A stretch of DNA of 64,000 nucleotides from assembly GCF_009914755.1 (NCBI RefSeq), contig NC_060926.1. The stretch is one strand, 5' to 3'. Within the stretch, counting starts at the first letter, position 1. The number at the start of each line of letters is the position of its first letter. Shown here piece by piece: positions 57,483-64,000 of this stretch. The DNA is from the human T2T-CHM13v2.0 reference genome, Homo sapiens. A program made the position numbers and the translations under genes. The notes below the pieces were generated by a model that was not told the origin of the DNA, searched no databases, and saw only the letters and a program-made list of their open reading frames with translations.

Positions 57483-57619
57483 AATCTGAAGGTATGACTT
57501 GTGCTTCTTTTAGCAACTTGGCCACCAAGTGTTCTGTTACCCTTCATCACAATACCCAATATCCTCCCTCAAATCTTCAGAGAAACGTACAGCCTCACGT
57601 ATCATAATTAACATTAACA

Positions 57620-57810
57620 TTTGAGTATGAATTGTGTCAGATACTGTGTTATGCACCTTATTTACATTATTTTAATCTCAAAAATAATTTCATAAGTTAG
57701 GGCAGATGTTTTTCTCCATATTTACAGTTGAAACAGATGCTCATGGAAGGCACATAATCTTCCCAGAATAACACAGAAGTGGTGGCATAGCTGGGATTTG
57801 AAACCAAGTT
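57620..57810 (-). mobile_element. MIR
   Basis: ctccatatttacagttgaaacagatgctca...gctgggatttgaaaccaag. Confidence 0.65.
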
Positions 57811-58300
57811 TAATTAAATTCATTGTTTATTTTCTTAATGTCTATACTTGATATTTGACATTTTGGTAAAGGGCTATATTGACTATCTGAACTCTTGATA
57901 TATGGAAAATCTACATTATTACAGACTTTGGTGGAAGTAGACCCTTTCCCTTTTCATCCTTGATAGAAAATGAGAAAGCTTGTTCTTGCTTTTCCAATGT
58001 TCTCTTCAATAGGGAACAGGTGTGTGACCCATAGCCTACCACTCTGCCTCACTTGCTCCAAGTGGCAACTCTGAAACACTAATGCAAATAAGAGGAGACT
58101 AGAAATAATTAATTGTGTGTTTGTGGAATTAAGAGTTTCATGGTGATCTCTAAATAAAAGATTCATGTTCTATGTAAAGGTGGCTTCTCTGTTTAGCTGA
58201 AGAGACATCAAAATATGTTCCCATAACCAGGGATTCTGATCCATGTCCATGACCTGCTAAGAGCTCTATGAGAAGGCTGATCAAAGGGTATCATTCATAT

Positions 58301-58609
58301 GGCCAGGTGCGGTGGCTCACACCTGTAATCCCTGCACTTTGGGAGGCTGAGGCAGGCAGATCACTTGAGGTCACGAGTTCGATTCCAGCCTGACAAACAT
58401 GGCACAAACCTGTCTTTACTAAAAATACAAAAAATAACCAGGGGTGGTTGTGTGCACCTGCAATCTCAGCTGCTCGGGAGACTAAGGCAAGAGAATTGTT
58501 TGAACCCAGGAGGCAGAGGTTACAGTGAGCCAAGATTGCACCACTTGCACTCCAGCCTGTGCAGCAGAGGAGACGCCATCTCAAAACAACAACAACAAAA
58601 ACAAAAAAA
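58301..58609 (+). mobile_element. Alu (AluS-like) with (CAA)n tail
   Basis: Full dimeric Alu. Confidence 0.95.
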
Positions 58610-59905
58610 GGATATCTTAAATAAGTAAGAAATGACCACTTTTTGGAATATCTATCACAAAATAAAGAACAAGATCACTTTTTTCCTTAAAGCAATATTT
58701 AGTTTATTAGCAAAAAAATACACAAGCTGTTTTCATCAGCTTGTATTTTTTCCCCATAATAGATGTACATTTTTTATCTTGGTTGAATGACTCTTGCAAA
58801 CTCTAGATGGCCTGCCAAACACTTCTTGTTATTCATCGTCGATTCACAAGGTTGTTCTTAACTCTCAGGTAATTATACATTTTTAAAACTTCCTGTCACC
58901 ATTTTTGAAATGTGTGTAAATAACAGCTGGGCTATTGTTTTCATGTATACTGAAGCACACACAATCCATTTTTATGAAACAAAAAGCTACTGAGTCATTG
59001 GCATACCATTTTTTTTCTCTTACTTCTGCTTATAATCTTAAAACTATACAAATTGCCATTGGAGGGGAAAATCTACAGGTATATTGTCAAAGCCATTTTG
59101 TTGTCATGTTTCCCATTAGGAAAAAAATGTGTTATCATTAAAAAGGAAGGCTTGTAATAGATAGGCCAACAGAAGCAGTTTCCAGATTAATTTATATAGC
59201 TATCATTAGTTGTAATAGGAGCTATCTATGGAAATCCTGCATTTACGTATGAGGACTGGCTGAAGGGAATCAAGAAATTTGAAAACCCATAATATGAAAA
59301 TTGTAAATTCTCAAAAGGATAAACACAAAAGTGTGAATTTTTTATATGTTTTTTAAAATATATTCATATTATACCATAAAGGAGTGAGGAAGAAGAAGTC
59401 TTCTTGTTAGTAGCTTTCTATTGGTATTTAACATATTCTAAACATTTTCACTAAAGTTGATTGAAAAATTCTTATGATAAATGTTTTTGAACACTTTTAT
59501 GTCAATTTAGGAATCTGGGCACTTTTTGGGCTACCAACTTACATGACACCATCTCTACATTCAAGGATACTAAGTAAAGAGTTCCATAAGTAATTTACTG
59601 ATAAATATGATATTTAAGGTATATAACTTGAATCACATTTAAAATATAGGTTATTTTAAATGTGAAAAAAGAAAAAAAGAATAATCATACATCAGTGCAA
59701 AAAAACACAGCAGAGGTGAAGAATATTGTTGGTCATAGCCAGAGTATATCAGTAGTCATTAAAAAACCAAAAAGGTAAATTGAGACAAAGAAAGAAAAAC
59801 AAAACTTGAAGCTTTAGAACTGCATGTCCTTTCTCTTTCAGAAAAGGGAGAAAGGGGCTGGAATACAAGGAAGGGAGTCTATGCGTGTCAGAAATGCTTT
59901 GGCCT

Positions 59906-60234
<329 letters not shown>

Positions 60235-60614
60235 TTAAGTGATAGAACCACTGTGTGTTAGAAATACAAAGAGTAGGGGACAGAGTGCTTTTATCAGCAC
60301 ATAAGTTTTCCAATTAGCAATGTCAAATGCAGTGTTAATTGAAATTACTGAATATTTTATTTAGCCAAAAATTTCAGCCTTATTATATTGTTAGTGTTGC
60401 AAAACATAACGTGAAGATTTGAAACTGAAATTTTGCTTGTTCACACTGATCCTTCCTTTTCCATGGTCTCTCTCCTAACAAACCAGTACATCTACTGCCC
60501 CAGAGAAAGAGACAATCTAGTCAGATTAAAACAAAAAATGAGTTGTGAATCTCAATGCATATTTTTAAGCCTTTTGCAGGAGTATTGTTAAAATGCTGTT
60601 GTTATTTGTTGCAT

Positions 60615-60835
60615 TTTTAAAATTTTATTGTAGTAAGAACGCTTAGCATGAGAATCTATCCTCTACAGATTTTTAAATTTATGATAAAGTATTGTTATTG
60701 TGGTAAGAACACTCAACATGAGATAAGTGCATTCTTAACAAATTTTTAAGTGTACAATAAAGTATTAACATCTATAGGTACAGTGTTGTATAGCAGATCT
60801 CTAGAACTTTATTTATGGTGGATAACTGATATTTT
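60615..60835 (-). mobile_element. L1MA9/L1MB-like 3' end with a ~70-bp tandem duplication
   Basis: ttattgt.gtaagaac.ct.a.catgaga occurs twice, then cagtgttgtatagcagatctctagaactt. Confidence 0.75.
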
Positions 60836-62439
60836 ATTTTAGTTCAAAAAGCAGAGCATCACTTATTAGAATGAAAGTCAGAAGGCCTCAGAGTTTACAG
60901 TCCTCAAACTGTAAATCTGAGAATGCATGATAATGCTAAATATCTTCTTCTCATCCAAAGGAGAAAAGAGTTTTATCACCAAGCATGTATCACAGGAGTA
61001 AAATTCAAATGGGCCTTGACTAAAATGTAGAAATGTTGAGTCTCTACAGTTACAATTTCCTACTTTGATTCATTTGGGTCAAATACAAAGAAAGATCAGC
61101 AGGAGTGTGAATGAAAATGCATAGGTAAGTATGAAGGTATCTTTGAACAGATAAGGTTTGTGCCTTGTTTATAATGTAAGACCTGCAGATAATGAAAAAT
61201 TGATAAAATTAGGGTAGAGTAATCCCAATATCTGAGCGAGATACTTAAGGAAATAATGCTGAGGTGATTCAACGGTTCTTAACATTATATAGGAAATCAT
61301 TTTAACCATCCCCATGTCTGCCGTAAGATCACAGAGATAAAGATGCTGGTAGTGACGGGATGATGATGGTGATCATAATGCCAACAGAGATGTCTACATT
61401 CTTAACATCTATTTTTTAAATCCCTCTAACAACTCCCTAATGTATGACCGGTTATTACCCTTATTTAGAGATGAAGAAAATTTGTCACAGCTAGAAATAC
61501 TGAGAGAAAATCTAGACAGTAGATTCTTAAATTTAGAATGAGAAAAACTAAAAGTGGAAAAGAAAATCTGATAGACAGTCATGATAGAGATGGGGTTATC
61601 TGTAGCAAATGAGGCAGGACAGAGAACTGGCAGGATGTTCAAAGTTGTAGTAAAAGCTATGGAAGATCAAGTACATCACACCCACCAGAGGCCTCCTGGC
61701 TGAATGACTCATCATAGCCAACAGGGAAAACTAAAGTAGTTAGTTGACTTTCCTCAGTGGTCAGCATAGGCCATCCATGTTTCTCTAAAATAACCAGCAA
61801 CCTCAAAAACATACTGTGTGATATTTTTATAAAAACTTTATATTCTTAAGCAACAAAGATTCATTTCTCACTATAAATTCTTAGCCATTTGGTTTACAGG
61901 AAGGCTTCTGCTCTGTTGTAATCCTTTAGAAACCTAGTAAACAGTAACCACTCATTTTGATGCTCCTAGTTTCTATGCTAGAGAGAAAACTAAAAATCTG
62001 CTTGGTTAATCTCACGTTGCATTTAAATGGGCTAGCCAATATATATGTGAATAATATGTCTCTTCAGTGACATGCTACTAATTTGTCTACCACTCATTTA
62101 CTAATTCAGCGTATGGTCCCACCCAACCACAAAATGTTCCAGGAGGTGAAATTGTATTATGTCTTCAGAAAATAGAGAGCTGGAAATAATTAGTAAACTG
62201 TATTTCACTCTTTCGGTTACTAATATTTAGCTCACTTGTTTTTCTAAATAAAAATAGAGTATATGTCATTCCACAAGAGTAAGGACTCAAAATTCCTAGC
62301 CAGTTATAATATCAAACACAAAGCTCTGTGTCTTTGTAAGGTTTTTACCTCCTTGGTTTCATCACATGTGGCTATTAAATAATTTGCCCTTTTTTGGTGT
62401 CAGAGTGGCTTCTTCAGTCTTCTCATCCCTGTAGAATTT

Positions 62440-63140
62440 TGAGAGTTTAAAGATATTTTAAGCCTCAAATAGTCATAAATTTACAAACTTCCCATTTACT
62501 TTCTTTTGAAAATGGTTCATGTTTTTCTGTTTCGTTTTTTATTGTTGGATAATTGTGAATTTTATCCAGTTGATTGTGAAAATTTTGTTATGGAAGTCAG
62601 GTTATGTTGTAGTCCTCTGAAAAGTATTTGTATTGTTGTTTGTTTATTTGTTTTAGTAGGCAATTAACTTAGATCGACTCAAATGTAAGCCCTTTCTCTT
62701 GGAGAGCAGTTCGAGTTTCAGCACATTTCTTAAAATCTGGACCACGCACGTATGCAGTGATTCAGGAGCCAGTCAGAGGTGTTGGCAGAGAATCTACATA
62801 CGCAGCATGTGGTGCTTTCTGCTCTGGATTTCTCCTTTACTAGATTCCCTTTCACTTTTAAGTGGTGTTGGTTGCCTGAAACACTTATATTTCTTCATGG
62901 TAGAAAGACTGTGTGTTTTCTTTCAAATTCTAACCACGCAGTGTGGCACTAAATTTGGTCACTTCTAAGTCTTAAGCTATTAGTTCTAGAAACTCACCTT
63001 GTGCCTTTCCCTTCTTATAAATGCTTGTTTCCTTCCAGATTTACTTGCATTCTTTTATTTTTCCCCAAAGTTTACAATATTTCTCTCTGGGAGGGAAGAT
63101 CCAAGAGGGACTTTGCCATTTTGGAACCAGAAGTTCTGAA
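62440..63140 (-). mobile_element. Ancient L1 5'-region fragment, antisense
   Basis: gttttagtaggcaattaactt; tgccattttggaaccagaagt, typical of the reverse L1M 5' terminus. Confidence 0.55.
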
Positions 63141-63525
63141 ATTAACTTTTCAGACAAACAGTAATATCTCCTTTGTAACTCATGAGAAAAAAAGATTAAC
63201 TGTCAAAATTTACGTTTTCAAAAGTTTGTCTTCTTTCCCGAGAGAAAAAAAAAAGAAAAGGTGTCTCCTCTACATGATATGAACCAGGAAACTTTAGTCC
63301 TATGAAAGAGAATAATGCCAAGTGTTTCCAGGTAAGATAAGGAAAGGTGACATTGTTAATAAGAAACACAAGTGGAATTGCTTGTTGTGGTAAATAATTG
63401 TAAAAAAATTGGCCTCAAAAATTGTCAGAAATTGACTCCCCAAATGTTACCAACACAATCTGTTGAAAAGTCAAAGTTGCATGTATTATAGACCTAGGTC
63501 ATGGGGAACGTTACCTCATAAAGTT

Positions 63526-63625
63526 TGGCAGTATATCAGATGGAGATATTGGAAGTTTGATATAAGGTTGGTGTTTCATCTGGCAGTAGATCAGATGGAG
63601 ATATTGGAAGTTTGATTTAAGGTGG
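63526..63625. repeat. ~55-bp-period two-copy duplication
   Basis: tggcagta.atcagatggagatattggaagtttgat.taaggt occurs twice. Confidence 0.92.
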
Positions 63626-64000
63626 ATTCAAATCAAGACACAATAGTACACAATTGTTGGGAACACTAAGGTAAGGATTTTGACACAAAGGATTCAGTGA
63701 ATCTTATAGCACAGCAAACTAATGAAGTTTTTCATTGCAAAGTTGATTGATCTTCTGGGAAGTTTTCGTACTGATCTAAACTGCCAGAACAATGAAGTCA
63801 TGCTAATGAAATCAGAGGAATAGAGAAATCATGTTAAAGTAGACAGTGAAATGTGGTTTCAGTTCTTAGGGTGCAGGGTGGATGTAAGTACGATGGTTTG
63901 GTTGCAATAATAATGGTGTCACTTATATTGCACAAGAACAAACATTACTACCTTTGAAACTGCCACCCATGACACAAAGTAAAAGGAGAAGATAACATAA

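Overview
AT-rich, gene-poor primate genomic DNA, very likely human or great ape given the AluY, L1PA3-like, LTR12, THE1 and MADE1 elements. I recognise no host protein-coding exon or RNA gene. The window is a mosaic of LINE-1 fragments (three with twin-priming 5' inversions), Alus, solo LTRs (LTR12F-like, THE1, MST, MLT1/2, MER67-like), DNA-transposon relics (MER2, MER5A, MER20, MER81, MADE1), L2/MIR remnants and microsatellites. The ORFs I can interpret are L1, Alu, LTR or (TA)n artefacts; the rest are short and unrecognised. The most unusual signal is a set of local template-copying scars. (1) A ~1.17 kb insert in an L2 at 22687-23855 has expanded (TA)n-like arrays alternating with copies of sequence from 1.8-2.3 kb upstream; one copy is ~91% identical and the other 100%, suggesting two separate events at one site. 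(2) A two-template insert at 29086-29264 was copied from both sides. (3) A fold-back inversion sits at 55721-55829. (4) A MADE1 has arms carrying matching substitutions. Repeat subfamily names come from recalled consensus sequences, and most boundaries are approximate.
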